Source: Octopus vulgaris
Lineage: Eukaryota
Direction: 5' to 3'
Assembly (NCBI GenBank): GCA_951406725.2
Contig: OX597822.1
Coordinates: forward strand, 40,300,001-40,364,000
Length of the DNA: 64,000 bases
Below, piece after piece: positions 41,526-54,795 of this stretch; position 1 is the first letter of the stretch; each line of letters opens with the position of its first letter. Under the pieces are notes generated by a model. The model searched no databases. It was not told where the DNA came from and saw nothing but the letters and a program-made list of their open reading frames with translations. The position numbers and the translations under genes are program-made.

Positions 41526-42024
<499 letters not shown>

Positions 42025-42351
42025 AGAAACTAATTATAGCAATATATAATTGTAATTTTATGACTAAGTGGATACACACTTATCTATTATCTGCGCATCA
42101 GTAATGTCTTTACGTGTAATAACATGTGGGTTTTCCAAACAACCATACACATAATATTTACGTGTATTAACATCATTTTCATATATACGCAACTATAAGG
42201 ACAGGCATATAGTTATGTGTATAAATGTATATATACATAATGTATTTATATCCCATTCATATATTTTCATCCTGTAACCTTATGCATTGCTGCAGTGACA
42301 AGCATATACACGAGCGTAAACACACACACACACACACAACTAGAAACAGAG

Positions 42352-42390
<39 letters not shown>

Positions 42391-42999
42391 CACACACACA
42401 CACGTATATATATATAACTGCTTGTGAATATACATATATATACATACATATACATACATATATATATACACACATATTTATATATATATATAACTGCTTG
42501 TGAATACATATATACATACATACACACACACAGAGGCACACATTCAAAGAGAGATAAGATAAAATTATACGTATATACATAGTGTGATATATGTGTGTGT
42601 GTGTGCTTGTCTATTCATAAATGTGTGTGTATATGTATTTTGATAAATATATATGTATGTGCATTTTCATACATTGATGCTTTTGCGCCTGCAGACATAC
42701 TTCTTTGCTGAATATGTCTCACATTATATATGATTACGATTACGTGTGTGTGTGTGTGTGTGTGTGCTTGCGTGCGCTATATGTATGGCGGTGTAGCGTT
42801 TTCATTATTTATACTATCGGATTTCAAGCAGAAGTGAATACAGAAAACAATATTGGATTTCTCTAAGCAAGAATGTTTAGGATCAGATATCATATTAAAC
42901 CCTCGTGCTGTTATATTGATTCTTTCGTCGGCCCCCACCCACCCAGCTGGCCGATCAATCGACCCTTCTACACCACCATATTCTCTGTCTGAGTGTTTC

Positions 43000-43046
<47 letters not shown>

Positions 43047-43061
43047 CTCTCTCTCTCTCCT

Positions 43062-43099
<38 letters not shown>

Positions 43100-43440
43100 T
43101 GCACGCATACACACACTTGCGCCGCACGCACACTCACTTACACTGGAGCATTCCTGAGAACAAATCTTTTGTCGACGGAAACAATTCGAAATCTATAACG
43201 TTCTGTGTTATTAGTCTGCGACCGGAAACACGGAATAACAACTGAGAGCCAATATATGCTGTTGATGTGTTCGAAAATAGATGGGAATCGGTTTGTGTAT
43301 TGTAAATATGGCAGCGGCCAAATAGATGATATGTGTTGACTTTTGATCGCGGGATGTTTCCAAATATCTCCTTTCGTTTGCTGATGCAGCTTTCGATATT
43401 GCACTGTTGTTGCAACTGCTGCTATTCTTGAACTTGTAGC

Positions 43441-43486
<46 letters not shown>

Positions 43487-43489
43487 GGG

Positions 43490-43698
43490 ATGTGCTAGCA
43501 GAATAGTAAGTGCGCCGAAAAAAAAATGCTTAGAAGCATTTCGTCCGTCTTTACGTGCTGGGTTCAAATTCAACCGAAGCCGACTTTACTTTTAATCCTT
43601 TCGAGATCGATAAATTAAGTTCCAGTAAAACACTGGGGTCGATGTAATCGACTTAAACCTCACCCCAGAATTACTGGCCTTGTGCCATAATTTGAAGG
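43490..43698 (+). mobile_element. SINE type B, diverged
   Basis: B head and core, flanked by (ATT)n. Confidence 0.8.
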
Positions 43699-43936
43699 TC
43701 ATTATTATTATTGTTGTTGTTGTTGTTGTTCAGCTGCAGGTAATCTCGGATCTGTCCGGTTGATGACCAAACGAATTCTTCCTGTGCCTACCTCATCTTC
43801 AACTACAACATCCGTTGTACATTTTCTTGATTTTAAACAGGAATGTATGATTTGAGAGAAATTTTGCTGCTATTCCTTATTAAACAGCGAGAAAATATCT
43901 ACCTGGTCGATCGACCTGTATGAAACAGCAACTGGA

Positions 43937-44418
43937 GTGGAGACGCAATGGCCCAGTGGTTAGGGCAGCGGACTCGCGGTCGTAAGAACGCAGTTTCGAG
44001 TCCCAGACTGCGTATTGTGAGTGTTTATTGAGCATAAACACCTAAGGTCCACGACGCTCCGGCGGGTTGGGGTGAACCCCGCTGTACCCTTTCAACACAA
44101 CTTTCTCTCACTCTTTCTTCTACTTCTGCCACAAAGCAGAGGAACCATGGTGTAACCCACTATGGTGTGGTAAACTTTCAGACCCTCGTCTAGATTGCGA
44201 ATCCTCTGTAGCCCAGGATGGTCCAGCTCTCCACTCGTTAAAAGCCACCGTTTACGGAATGAGGATAACAACGTAGCTTTCGCGCCCGTGCAACCGCCAG
44301 TCTATCGTGTGTGGTGAGTGGATCTTCAAGTTGCCACATGCATTGTTAGTAGCTTAGAGTAGGCTCGAATTAGAGATTATTCTTTGTGGCTAATGGCGTA
44401 AGTCCTGATTGGAAGAAG
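43937..44418 (+). mobile_element. SINE: C head with tail X, full length, 12-bp TSD
   Basis: TSD acagcaactgga at 43925-43936 and 44419-44430; tRNA-Arg-like head; gaagaag end. Confidence 0.92.
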
Positions 44419-44879
44419 ACAGCAACTGGATCACTCTCAGATCTCATATCACCGTCTTAAAATGAATACATTGAATAATGTGATCCGTGTTCCAGAAAAA
44501 AGCGGGGTGGTGGTATCGACTGGAGTGTCTTTGATCATAAATTTATTTGATCAGAACTGTGGATATTCACTCGTGGTCTCAATTTAGTAGTTGCTTTTAG
44601 TGTGTGTAATGTGTACGCATATGTATATGAGAATGTGTATCCCTGTGTGTCCCCTCGGAATGTTTCATGTGTATGCGAGCTTGCCTCTGTGTGTGTGTGT
44701 ATGTGTAGAAATGAAAATGCTTTTCTGTCTGTATATGGGTTTCTATTTATAAAAAAGATGTCTGTGATATTGTGATATTGGGTGACTGAGTATAAATATT
44801 ACGTATGCATTTGCGTTGCTGTCTGTATGTTTTTGTCAACTGTATGTGGATGTGTTACAACGAAAATTTCCAATTAACT

Positions 44880-45135
44880 ATTGGATGTTATTCCAAACAG
44901 TATTCTTCCCTTGTAAATTTGCTTTCATATATTCAATGTTCCATGTATTGTTTAGCTGATCATACGAACTGGATTCCAAAATAAACGTAGCTTCCATTTT
45001 GGTTCCAAAATAGATGCATTGTCCACCTTGTTCCCAGAATAGTTTTTAGTGTATAATCATTGCTCGTAAACTAGATGTATTATCCACCATGGTTTCAAAA
45101 TAGATATTAATGTCCCTCATGATTCGCAAAATTGA
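44880..45135. repeat. Degenerate ~30-nt minisatellite
   Basis: Recurrent ggttccaaaatagatg-like units. Confidence 0.55.
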
Positions 45136-45645
45136 TGGTCGTCGTCAAAAATATATATAGCATTACTAGCTATGGTACCATAATATACGTGCACTCTCTC
45201 CCCCTCTCTCTCTCTCTCTGAGTACCAAACTAAAAGTATCATGTACTGTGTCTTTGATATTATTGGCCTCGGAGCATCACAGAATACGCCATTCTTGATT
45301 GAAACATCTAAATAATACTTATAATTATCCTCCATGTAACTCGAATTAAGAATCTTTACTCACTAAATCTCTAGACTGAGTACTTACCATGGTTCCAAAT
45401 TCAAAAGGATTGTTAGTTATCATGCTAATTTTAGGATATTTATTCATATTTTATTTCATGTGTCTAGAATTTTTGTTTGAATAAAATTACTTTTGATGCT
45501 AACAATGTATTGCTTTATCAAAAACTTTGTTTTTGATCTTTATCGTGTAAAATCCAACGTTTCGAAAACAGATCGTCGTTCTTTATTAAGAGGCTAAGAG
45601 TCGTTGAAATATCACACTAAATAACTTGCTGTTTAGATCTCCATC

Positions 45646-45971
45646 GTGAAGGCGCCTGGCTTAGCGGTTAGGGCATTCGCCACACGAACATAAGGTCGTG
45701 AGTTCAATTCCGGCGACGTGTTGTGTCCTTGAACAAGGTACTTTATTTTACGTTGCTCCAGTCGACTCAGCTTGCAAAAGTGAGTTGTACCTATATTTCA
45801 AATGGCCAGCCTTGTCACATTCTGTGTCACGCTGAATCTCCCCGAGAATTACGTTAATGGCACACATATCTATGCTCAGCCACTTGCACGTTAATTTTAC
45901 AAGCAAGCCGTTCCGTTGAGCGCATCAGCTGGGACCCTCGTCGTCGTAACCGACGGAGTGCTCCTATAAAT
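45646..45971 (+). mobile_element. SINE type D, full length, 10-bp TSD
   Basis: TSD gatctccatc at 45636-45645 and 45972-45981; A/B-box head (TGGCTTAGCGG; GAGTTCAATTCC). Confidence 0.92.
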
Positions 45972-46612
45972 GATCTCCATCTCTTTTTCCATGTTCTGGT
46001 TTTAAATTCCACCAATGGCAACTTTTAAGTCGAGGATGAAGGAATCGATAGAGTATCGGACAAAATGTTTCTCGGTATTTAGTTATATTCTTTGACACCA
46101 ATAAAGTCTACTTTGTGTTCTTCCGTTCCGAGGTCAATAACATATATGTACCAACCACATTACAAGCGACTCTGCTCTTCCGCCAAATGTTTGTGGATTT
46201 GTGCTGATGCTAGAAATCCTTACAAACATTGTTATTGAAATGTTCTTAGTAACATCGTTGGATAAACAGCGGTTAAAATGTGTCACGGCTTCTGTTTACA
46301 ACGCTCGATGTTGTACTTCAAATTCTACAATGTTTCACTTGGTTTTTCATTCCTCTATTTTCGAAAAACTAAAGTACCCACCTATGCACAGTTAGGAGTC
46401 ATTCTTTTACTGGTGGTCGTTAATGACAGTGTCTGGCATAAACCTTGATCTCCCTGCTTGCGTGCATCGACATATCTCGGTGATAGCTGTTTTGGGAACC
46501 AAATACGGGCAACCTTTTTTTTCGATAAGCGAGCCATGTGATAGGCAGGCGAAACTACTAAAAATTCAAAGGTAAATTTTTTATTAGGTATGCCATTCAG
46601 AAGGTGCCGCAG

Positions 46613-46852
46613 GTTGGCCATAGCTATCTTGAACCTGGTCTGATGTTCTTTAATACTGACGTTGGCCATAGCTGTCTTGAACCTGGTCTGGTATTTCTTA
46701 ATGCTGACATTGGTCATAGATGTCTTGAACCTGGTCTGGTATTTCTTAATGCTGACGTTGGTTATAGATGTCTTGAACCTGGTTTAGTATTTCTTAATGC
46801 TGACGTTGGCCATAGCTGTTTTGAACCTGGTCTAGTATTTCTTAATGATGTC
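46613..46852. repeat. Minisatellite, 5 x 48 bp
   Basis: Unit gttggccatagctgtcttgaacctggtctggtatttcttaatgctgac starting at 46613, 46661, 46709, 46757 and 46805. Confidence 0.95.
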
Positions 46853-47168
46853 GTAACTTTCACTTTACAAATACAATAAATCTATCCTGTCAGGAGATGT
46901 ATTCTCTCTCTCTTGCTAAAAAGCGACCAGCTCGAGAGACAATATGTTAATTATTTCTTCAAAAACTTTCTATATCCTGCAATATCTAAATGTATTCTGC
47001 TTCATTGCACGCTTTTGGTGATTGTAGTTGCAAGACTTTGATGTTTTACTCCAATCAAACATCAAAGAAATCTTCTTAGCAACCATGCTTGTGTCAAGCC
47101 TGTGTAATATGTAAATTATACAAGTTTATAACTTATATCAAATCTTGTCTCTTTTTCTTTTATTACAG

Positions 47169-47211
47169 AAATATGTTTCCAGATAATATCATAACATCCT
47201 GCTTCGACTCA
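47169..47211 (+). CDS. SLC1A: Internal 43-nt coding exon of an SLC1/EAAT (glutamate or neutral amino-acid) transporter, TM4 region
   Basis: Strong acceptor (ctctttttcttttattacag|) and donor (|gtaagt). Reads a+AAT ATG TTT CCA GAT AAT ATC ATA ACA TCC TGC TTC GAC TCA = (R)NMFPDNIITSCFDS, matching the EAAT motif DLIR-NMFP[PE]NLV[EQ]ACF. As I recall, vertebrate SLC1A genes have the same 43-nt, phase 2-to-0 exon. Paralog not assignable. Confidence 0.9.
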
Positions 47212-47349
47212 GTAAGTTTGGTTTTTAATTACTAATTTTCTTTTAACACCACCCTATTCGTTACAAACCAATAATAATATTAATAATAATTTCTATTATT
47301 ATTATTATTAGTAGTAGTAGTTGTAGTAGTAGTAGTAGTTGTTGTTGTT

Positions 47350-47865
47350 AACGCAGTGAGCAGGCAGAAACGTTAGCATTCCGGACAAAATGCTTAGCGG
47401 CATTTCATCCGTCGCTACGTTCTGAGTTCAAAATCCGCCAAAGTCGACTTTGCCTTTCATCCTTTCTGGGTCGATTAAATAAATACCAGTTGAGAGCACT
47501 GGGGGTCGATATAATCGATTATTCCCCTCCTCAAATTTCAGGCCTTGTGCCGATAGCAGGAAGGATTATTATTATTATTATTATTATTTTCATTCTTCTT
47601 CTTATTATTATTATTAATTATTATTATTAATGATAATAGTGATAAGGCGGTGAGCTGGCAGACACGTTAGCACGCCGGGCAAAGTGCTTAACGGCATTTC
47701 GTCCGTCGTTGCGTTCTGAGTTCAAATTCTACCGTAGTTGACTTTGCCTTTTATCTTTTCGGAGTCAAGTAAATAAATACCAGTTGTGCACTTGGGTCGA
47801 TTGCATCGACTAACACTCCCTCCTTTAAAATCTTAGGCCTTATGTCTATCGTAGGAAGAAGTATT
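47350..47865 (+). mobile_element. Two SINE type B copies (47350-47567, 47645-47865)
   Basis: Full heads, core and tail variant ii ending in (ATT)n. Confidence 0.88.
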
Positions 47866-48047
47866 ATTATAATTTTCGTTCCATGATTCGTTATCCTATG
47901 CCTGCTAATACGATGATTCATTGAAATATATGTAAAATATAAAGTAAAGTAAAATATGGAAAAGTTTTGTTGAGATGAAAGAAGCATTTAACAGATCAAA
48001 ACACATGTTAGTTTTTAACTGTTTGTATTTCAATATACATGTATATC

Positions 48048-48430
48048 GTGGCACTCCGTCGGTTACGACGGCGAGGGTTCCAGTTAATCCCATCAACGGG
48101 ACAGCCAGCTCGTGAAATTAACGTGCAAGTGGCTGAGCACTCCACAGACACGTGTACCCTTAATGTAGTTCTTAGAGAGATTCAGCGTGATACAGAGTGT
48201 GACAAGGCTGGCCTCTTTGAAATACAGGTACAACAGAAAGGAGAAGAAAGTGTGAGAGAAAGTTGAGGTGAAAGAGTACAGCAGGGTTCGGCACCAACCC
48301 CCACCGGAGCCCCGAGGAGCTTTAGATGTTTTCGTTCAATGAGTACTCACAGCGCTCGGTTTGGGAATCGAAACCGCGATCCTACGATCGCGAGTCCGCT
48401 GCCCTAACCACTGGGCCATTGCGTCTCCAC
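48048..48430 (-). mobile_element. Chimeric SINE: C head with D body
   Basis: 48235-48430 is the reverse complement of the C head; 48050-48234 is the reverse complement of the D body. Confidence 0.9.
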
Positions 48431-48585
48431 TCGCTCAAACACTCACAATGCCCGGTCTGAGAATCGAAAATACATTATATGCAACTATGAAAGAGAGAAA
48501 GAGAGAGAGAGTAATACTGTGGTTGTATTCATTTATATGTATATGTGTGTACTTGCATACACGTGTCATTAGTTATGTATAGAGA

Positions 48586-48986
48586 AGGCGGCGAGCTGGC
48601 AGAATCGTTAGCATGCCAGGCGAAATGCTTAGCGGTACTTCGTCTGCTGCTACGTTCTAAGTTCAAATTCCGCCGAGGTCGACTTTGCCTTTCATCCTTT
48701 CGGGGTCGATTAAATAAGTACTAGTTACGCACTAGGGTCGATATAATCGACTTAATCCGTTTGTCTGTCCTTGTTTGTCCCCTCTGCTTCTAGCTCCTTG
48801 TGGGTAGTAAAGAAATAGGTACTTCGTCTATCTTTACGTTCTGAGTTCAAATTCCGCCAATGTCGACTTTGTCTTTCATCCATTCGGGGTCGATGAATTA
48901 AGTACCAGTTATGCACTGGGGTTGATGTAATCGACTAGTCCCCACCCCTCAAATTTCGAGCCTTGTACCTCTAGTAGAAAGGATTA
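48586..48986 (+). mobile_element. Dimeric SINE type B (tail i, then restart with tail ii)
   Basis: Second unit restarts at ggtacttcgtct (~48818). Confidence 0.9.
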
Positions 48987-49319
48987 TATATCTATAGAGA
49001 GAAAGACAAATAAAAGACTAAAATGGGAAAGAGAAAACAGTTGTCCATTCAGTTTAACACAACCACGTGGCCCTTAAGATGCTTTTAGCGAAGTCCACTT
49101 ACAAGTACTCACACAAGGTCTCCGGTTTAACTTTAAGGATACCTTTCAGCCACTTGCCAACCAGTCTCTTAGATCTTAGGACTCTCAACTGGATCGCGAA
49201 TATCCAGGAAGTAAAAAATCGCCTATAAATACCAGTTATATACGAGGATCAATTAATACCAGTTATATACTAGGATCAATTAATTTGACTATTGTAATCT
49301 GTTACAAAATATTGAACTT

Positions 49320-49563
49320 CTGGCTACCTCAAAACATCGCTAGACTCCAACTTCTTCCTGTTGTTTCTTCGTCTTAAATCTTCCAATGTCTCTATATTTT
49401 GCTTGCTTTATTTAGGTTTCTTATATATTTTTCCAGAAGTCTTCATGTTTTCTTTCTTCTTTATCAGCTTTATATCATAAGATAAAACTATCGAGAATTT
49501 TATGGACAATATATTCTTACCTAGCATACCCGTTTACAATAATATCATATCACACACACACAC

Positions 49564-49623
<60 letters not shown>

Positions 49624-49656
49624 CTAAGCTCTTTGTCTCTTTCTTACTTTCCTCTG

Positions 49657-49705
<49 letters not shown>

Positions 49706-50125
49706 CTTCTCCATTCTTTTAGCATTCATCTTTTCTTCTATAGTCGAAAAATGTTTCCAGTCTTGTGGATTTCTTGTTTAACTTTCTTAGAATTACTTTA
49801 TTCATTCTTTATTCATATTCCTGGCAACATTATATTTTGCTTGGATTAGTTTCTTCATCTCTCGCAATATTACTTTATTGTCTGAGATTTTGGACAAAAT
49901 TGTTCCAAACGTTGTTCTTGTATTTCATAAGTTGCCATAGATTTCTGCTTATATTTCTATATCCAAATAATATTTCCATTAGAGGTATTTGTGCAATAAC
50001 ATTAACCACGAATTTCACTCACTATTGCGATATCTTTCGCCATTTCCTTCTCGTAATAACTTTCACAACGATTTCTTCAGAGTCTCTCTGGTTCCAATCT
50101 ACATTATATTTTCATATTTCCCTTT
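49320..50125 (-). mobile_element. Possible highly degraded LINE endonuclease relic interrupted by a microsatellite
   Basis: A-rich minus strand with remnants (NVIAQIP; KISDNKVIL) weakly resembling APE motifs. Confidence 0.3.
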
Positions 50126-50397
50126 AAACTTCGTAAGCTAATTTTAAAAAAAAATCTGGGCGAGAATCTAGTAAATATTACCTTGCTCTAGCTTGGCCAC
50201 AAATTTACTGACTAGAAGCAGTAAATGAGTAAACTCGAATTTGCTAAGATTGGGTAAATGAGTTAATCCTTGGTGTGCTTAGTTTTAAAATTAGTTAATT
50301 GCAATTATTTCGTTTCTAAATGAGTACTTATTTACATAGAACCATGCACGCATGCACGCATGCACGCATATCTAGGTGTATATATATGGCGGTGGAA

Positions 50398-50648
50398 AGC
50401 GGCGAGCTGGCTAAGGCAGCAAACGGGCAGAATCGTTAGCACTCTGGGTGAAATGCTTTGCAGTATTTCGTCTGCCATTACGTTCTGAGTTCAAATCCTG
50501 ACGAGGTCGACTTTGCCTTTCATCCTTTAGGGGTCGATTGAATAGGTATCAGTTATGCACTGGGGTCGATGCAATCGACTTAATCATTTTGTCTGTCCTT
50601 GTTTGTCCCCTTATGTTTAGCCCCTTCCCTGTGGGCAAAAAGGAAATA
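50398..50648 (+). mobile_element. SINE type B
   Basis: Head, core and tail i. Confidence 0.85.
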
Positions 50649-51436
50649 TACTATATATATATATATATATATATAATACAAACCCACAGTTTTTCACGTA
50701 AAAGGGTCGCATTTTCTATAGGCTTTCAAAACTGTCTGAGGTTGGTCGTGAAGATATTTTCATTTCCCCAGTCAAACCAGAAAGCCATTAAAAAAATCGA
50801 TAAACCGACCCCTTATGCCCGTAAGTTATTTTGCGGCTAAATTATCGGTGTAACATATTAGAGATTTTGGCTTAAGTATTTTTCTTTATTTTGAAAATCA
50901 TCGAAGTCACCGAAACTGCTGAGCCAAGTTACGTTATACTGTTAGAGGGCGTGATGGTGGTGGAACATCGCGTTGGTGTGAAAAACTGAAGATATGTGGT
51001 ACGGTGGGTTGGGTACGTTTGGGAGTGAGAGCGAAATGAGTGGGGATGGAGGTGGTTTCAAATAGATGACGAGAAATATTTGAATATGCGCATAAAACAC
51101 CAGCATGCCTAATTACAGATGGATATATATATACACCATAAACACATACACACACATACGCGCGCACACACACATACGTACACATATATAGGGCGTGCAT
51201 AGATGCATTTACATAGGCACCTACGAGCATACTTGCAACTAGATGCATATGTGCATAAATGCATATATGCATGTTTTCTTAGGTTTTTAATTTTTTCTTG
51301 TAAAGAAAGATTTCATTTCTAACAAAATTTCAATGTTCCAACTTTGGAATGTGGATGAGAAAAATAATATCGCGAGTTGAACTTGAGAACGTCTTGCATA
51401 TTTTTACAGTTCCGCTTAGTCAGCGTGTTTGCAAGT

Positions 51437-51830
51437 TTTTATTCTTTTACTTGTTTCAGTCATTTGACTGCGACCATGTTGGAGCACCGCCTTTCGTCGG
51501 GCAATTCGCTTATTCCTTGTAAGCCTAGTACTTATTCTACCGGACTCTTTTTGCCGAACCGCTTAGTTACGGGGACGTATACACACACCGACATCGGTTG
51601 TCAAGCGATGCTGGTGGAACAAACACAGACACACAAACATATACACACACATACATATATACATATATACGACGGGCTTCTTTGAGTTTCCGTCTACCAA
51701 ATCCACTCACAAGGCTTTGGTCGGCCCGAGGCTATAGTAGAAGAAACTTGCTCCAGGTGCCACGCTGTGGAACTGAACCCAGAACCATGTGGTTGGTAAA
51801 CAAGCTACTTACCACACAGCTACTCCTGCA
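51437..51830 (-). mobile_element. SINE type A, full length
   Basis: Reverse complement of type A. Confidence 0.9.
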
Positions 51831-52249
51831 TGTTGATTTCTTTTTCTAAAAAACCTAATTTATGCAAATTGCCACTTAAACATATATTCACAAAACTAAC
51901 TGCTCCGATTACTATGGGTATAAATGCGAATTTATACCCCGGGTAGATAAGCAGTTGTCTGTAGTTATGTATGCGCGTATATATGTGCATGCAAATATGT
52001 CTATATGTGAGTATTTGTATGTGTAGGTATGTGTATGAACATGTGTGTAATGTATATATGAATGAATGTATGAATGATTGTTTGCGTATATGCACGTGGT
52101 CTGATCAATATGTATCTGGACTGTTACCATTGTAACGAAACTAAAAGACGCAGAATGAAACTGCATGGCACAAATTGACCTTAATCTCTGATGTGCGTGT
52201 GCTCTAAGTTTTAACGTTCTAGCTCACTTCCGCTGTTTGCAGCAGGGCT

Positions 52250-52720
52250 TGGAAGGAAAGTGTGTAGCGTGTGATCGTCGCATTGACTATGATAGAAAGT
52301 TAAGCAGAGAATTTGCATTAAATTTTGTCAAAAGATTGGCAATACTTACTCAGAGCCCTACGCATAGTTTTCAAAACATTTCATCTTTCTCAACACATTC
52401 AAAGAGACTTTGTGCAACTGAAATCCGAGTGTCTTTTTGGTCAGCTGTGTACAATTTTGGCACAAACTTGGCAAACACGCTTCTCATACAGCTGCACGCA
52501 CATCTGCAATGTTTTTCTCAGTTCTGCTGGTTGCGGGTCTTCTAGAACGTTCGGAAATATCAACATATTTTCGGCCATCTTGGAAAGGTCTGAACCGCTC
52601 GTATACTAGTATGCGGCTATACACTCCTCTTTGTACAGTTTCTGCAACTTTGCGTTGGCCTCTGAGCAGGTATCGCCATGACAACTTTCTCTGTCAATGC
52701 AACCATCACACGCTACATAG
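52250..52720 (-). mobile_element. Mariner transposase N-terminal relic
   Basis: Minus strand: SRILVYERFRPFQDGRKYVDISERSRRPATSRT // AKFVPKL // DQKDTRISVAQ, matching the mariner HTH, xRSGRP and WVPxxL motifs; frameshifted. Confidence 0.85.
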
Positions 52721-53022
52721 CTTCTTTCCAAGCACTGAAATAACTATGGCCATGCTAGAGCATTGCATTTTGGGTGTTTTGTCACGCACCTCGACAAATA
52801 ATACTCATTTTAAATAGAGTACAACGATAAAATAAGCTCTTTGTTCTTTATAATTTACTAAAACCATTTGAAGGTGGTGCCAGTTTTGCCACAACGCAAT
52901 GGCTGAAATTACTCAACGGAAAACTAAAAGTATGTTGAGTGTAAAAGTATTTGTGTATGTATGTATGTATGTATGTATGTATGTATGTATGTATGTATTA
53001 TGTATGTTGTAAATATATAAGC

Positions 53023-53255
53023 AAGGCGGCGAGCTGTATGAAACGTTAGCACGCCGGGCGAAATGCTTAGCGGTATTTCGTCTGCGTTACGTTGTGAGTT
53101 CAAATTCCGCCAAGGTCGACTTTGCCTTTCATCCTTTCGGGGTCGATAAATTAAGTACCAGTTACGCACTGGGGTCGATGTAATCGACTTAATACCTATG
53201 TCTGTCCTTGTTTGTCCCCTCTGTGTTTAGCCCCTTGTGGGTAGTAAAAGAAATA
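53023..53255 (+). mobile_element. SINE type B, full length reference copy
   Basis: ggcggcgagctg...gagttcaaattccgcc (B box)...gtcgactttgcctttcatcctttcggggtcgataaattaagtacc...tail i. Confidence 0.9.
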
Positions 53256-54159
53256 TGTAAATATATAAACACACTCACACAAACGTGCGCGCATATACAT
53301 ATATGTATGTGCTTATGTGTGTGTATAAGCAAGGAGAGAGGAATGTGTGTGTGCTCATTTATTTTTGCGCATGAGTGCGTATGTATATTTGTGCGTATAT
53401 ACATACGCGCACGCACACATACATACACACACGCACAGGTCTGTTTAACGTAAATGTATTTGTTTGCAGAGAAACTGTACAATAAAATTCTAAAAATATT
53501 TAAACGCGCGCACACACGTTTCGCACACACGCACATACACACACTCTATATTGATATAGGGAAAGTAAAGGAATCAGTTAGTGAGTGAGTGGGAGAGAGG
53601 TAAAGTTAGAGGGTAGAAGGGGAGGGCGTGTGAAACGACAAAAGAATTATGTTTCAAGGAGTAACAAGAGTTAAACATTATCTCAAGAGTCAGTATGAAG
53701 TATTCTCCTTAAACTAATGGCAGACAGAGAGACGGGGAGGGAGAGAGAGAGTAGGGAATAGATGTGAGAGAGGATGGTGGGAGTGTTGTAATAAAGAAAG
53801 AAAGAGATATTATCAGTTGTGGTGTTGTTGGTTGTTGCTGTGAGTATCGATCGGGAGTGATTATGTCGTCGTTAGTGGTGGTGATGGTTGTTGAATTGCA
53901 ATGGAAATATTTAGACAAACTTTTATTAGAAACGGAAGTTTCTTGGATCATAATTCCTAAGTTTCATGTTGCCGACATCTCAAACGACTGAAGAAGGGAA
54001 GTAGCGTGACAACATATAAGCCTCTCTCTCTTTCTCTCTCTCTCAATCCATATATATGCGCACACGCCTCAAAATATCTCTAGCATTACTAGCATAGCAT
54101 ATTGATTGGATTGATTGATATATTTGATACTTACCGAGAGTAGTTTGGTTGTCGAAAAC

Positions 54160-54508
54160 TGATACACTCGCCTCCTTATGAGAGCTCAAAATCTTTCGTG
54201 GAAACGGCATCCAACCAAAGTACAGATACATGAGAAATTACCACCTGTATCATCTCTTGTGAAAGGTAGAAGAGTCCAGTTTGCTGGACATTGTCGTAGA
54301 GCTGAAAACGAGGTAATTTCTACTCTTCTCCTCTGGAAGCCATCTGCTCGCGATACTAGAGGGCACACACTCTCCTACCCTGATGTAATCTCCAGGGATA
54401 CAAGCATCCAGCAACAGGACCTCCGTAATGCTATGATGGACCGTGAAATCTGGCGTAACATAGTAAATTCCATTGTCTCGACCACGGTCGAACAATGATG
54501 ATGATGTT
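54160..54508 (+). mobile_element. RTE-clade LINE, 5'-truncated 3' end
   Basis: ORF 54178-54498 has RRVQFAGHCRR...LLLWKP...LSYPDVISRDT...AMMDREIW, the RTE C-terminal pattern; ends in a (TGA)n tail. Confidence 0.88.
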
Positions 54509-54795
54509 GTATTTATTCAAACGTTATACCCTCAACACCTGATGTACACATCATTTTTCATAAACGTAACACGTAATATTTTCTTGTCTTCAGTATAAAG
54601 CACTTATAAAGCAATACAAAACGGATATTTTTTTAAGCAGTGTGCATAAAGTAATGCCATGAGTATGAATACTTCTACCGCCCGTATCTCAATATTGCCA
54701 GTGCAGTCTGTTATATCTACGAAGAAAATATGATAAAAGCTCCTTCATTTTCTCGAGACAAGCAAGGTTTAAAGTGATCATTCGACTTGATACAC

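Noticed and set aside
46613-46852. Regular repeats as a CRISPR array or repeat-protein exon
   Set aside because: No unique spacers, eukaryotic context and no convincing splice sites; it is a minisatellite.
54594-54650. Possible next EAAT exon (YKALIKQYKTDIFLSSVHK) after ttttcttgtcttcag
   Set aside because: Phase and initial YK fit, but the donor is weak (aaa|gtaatg) and this loop region is too variable to recognise. Needs RNA-seq.
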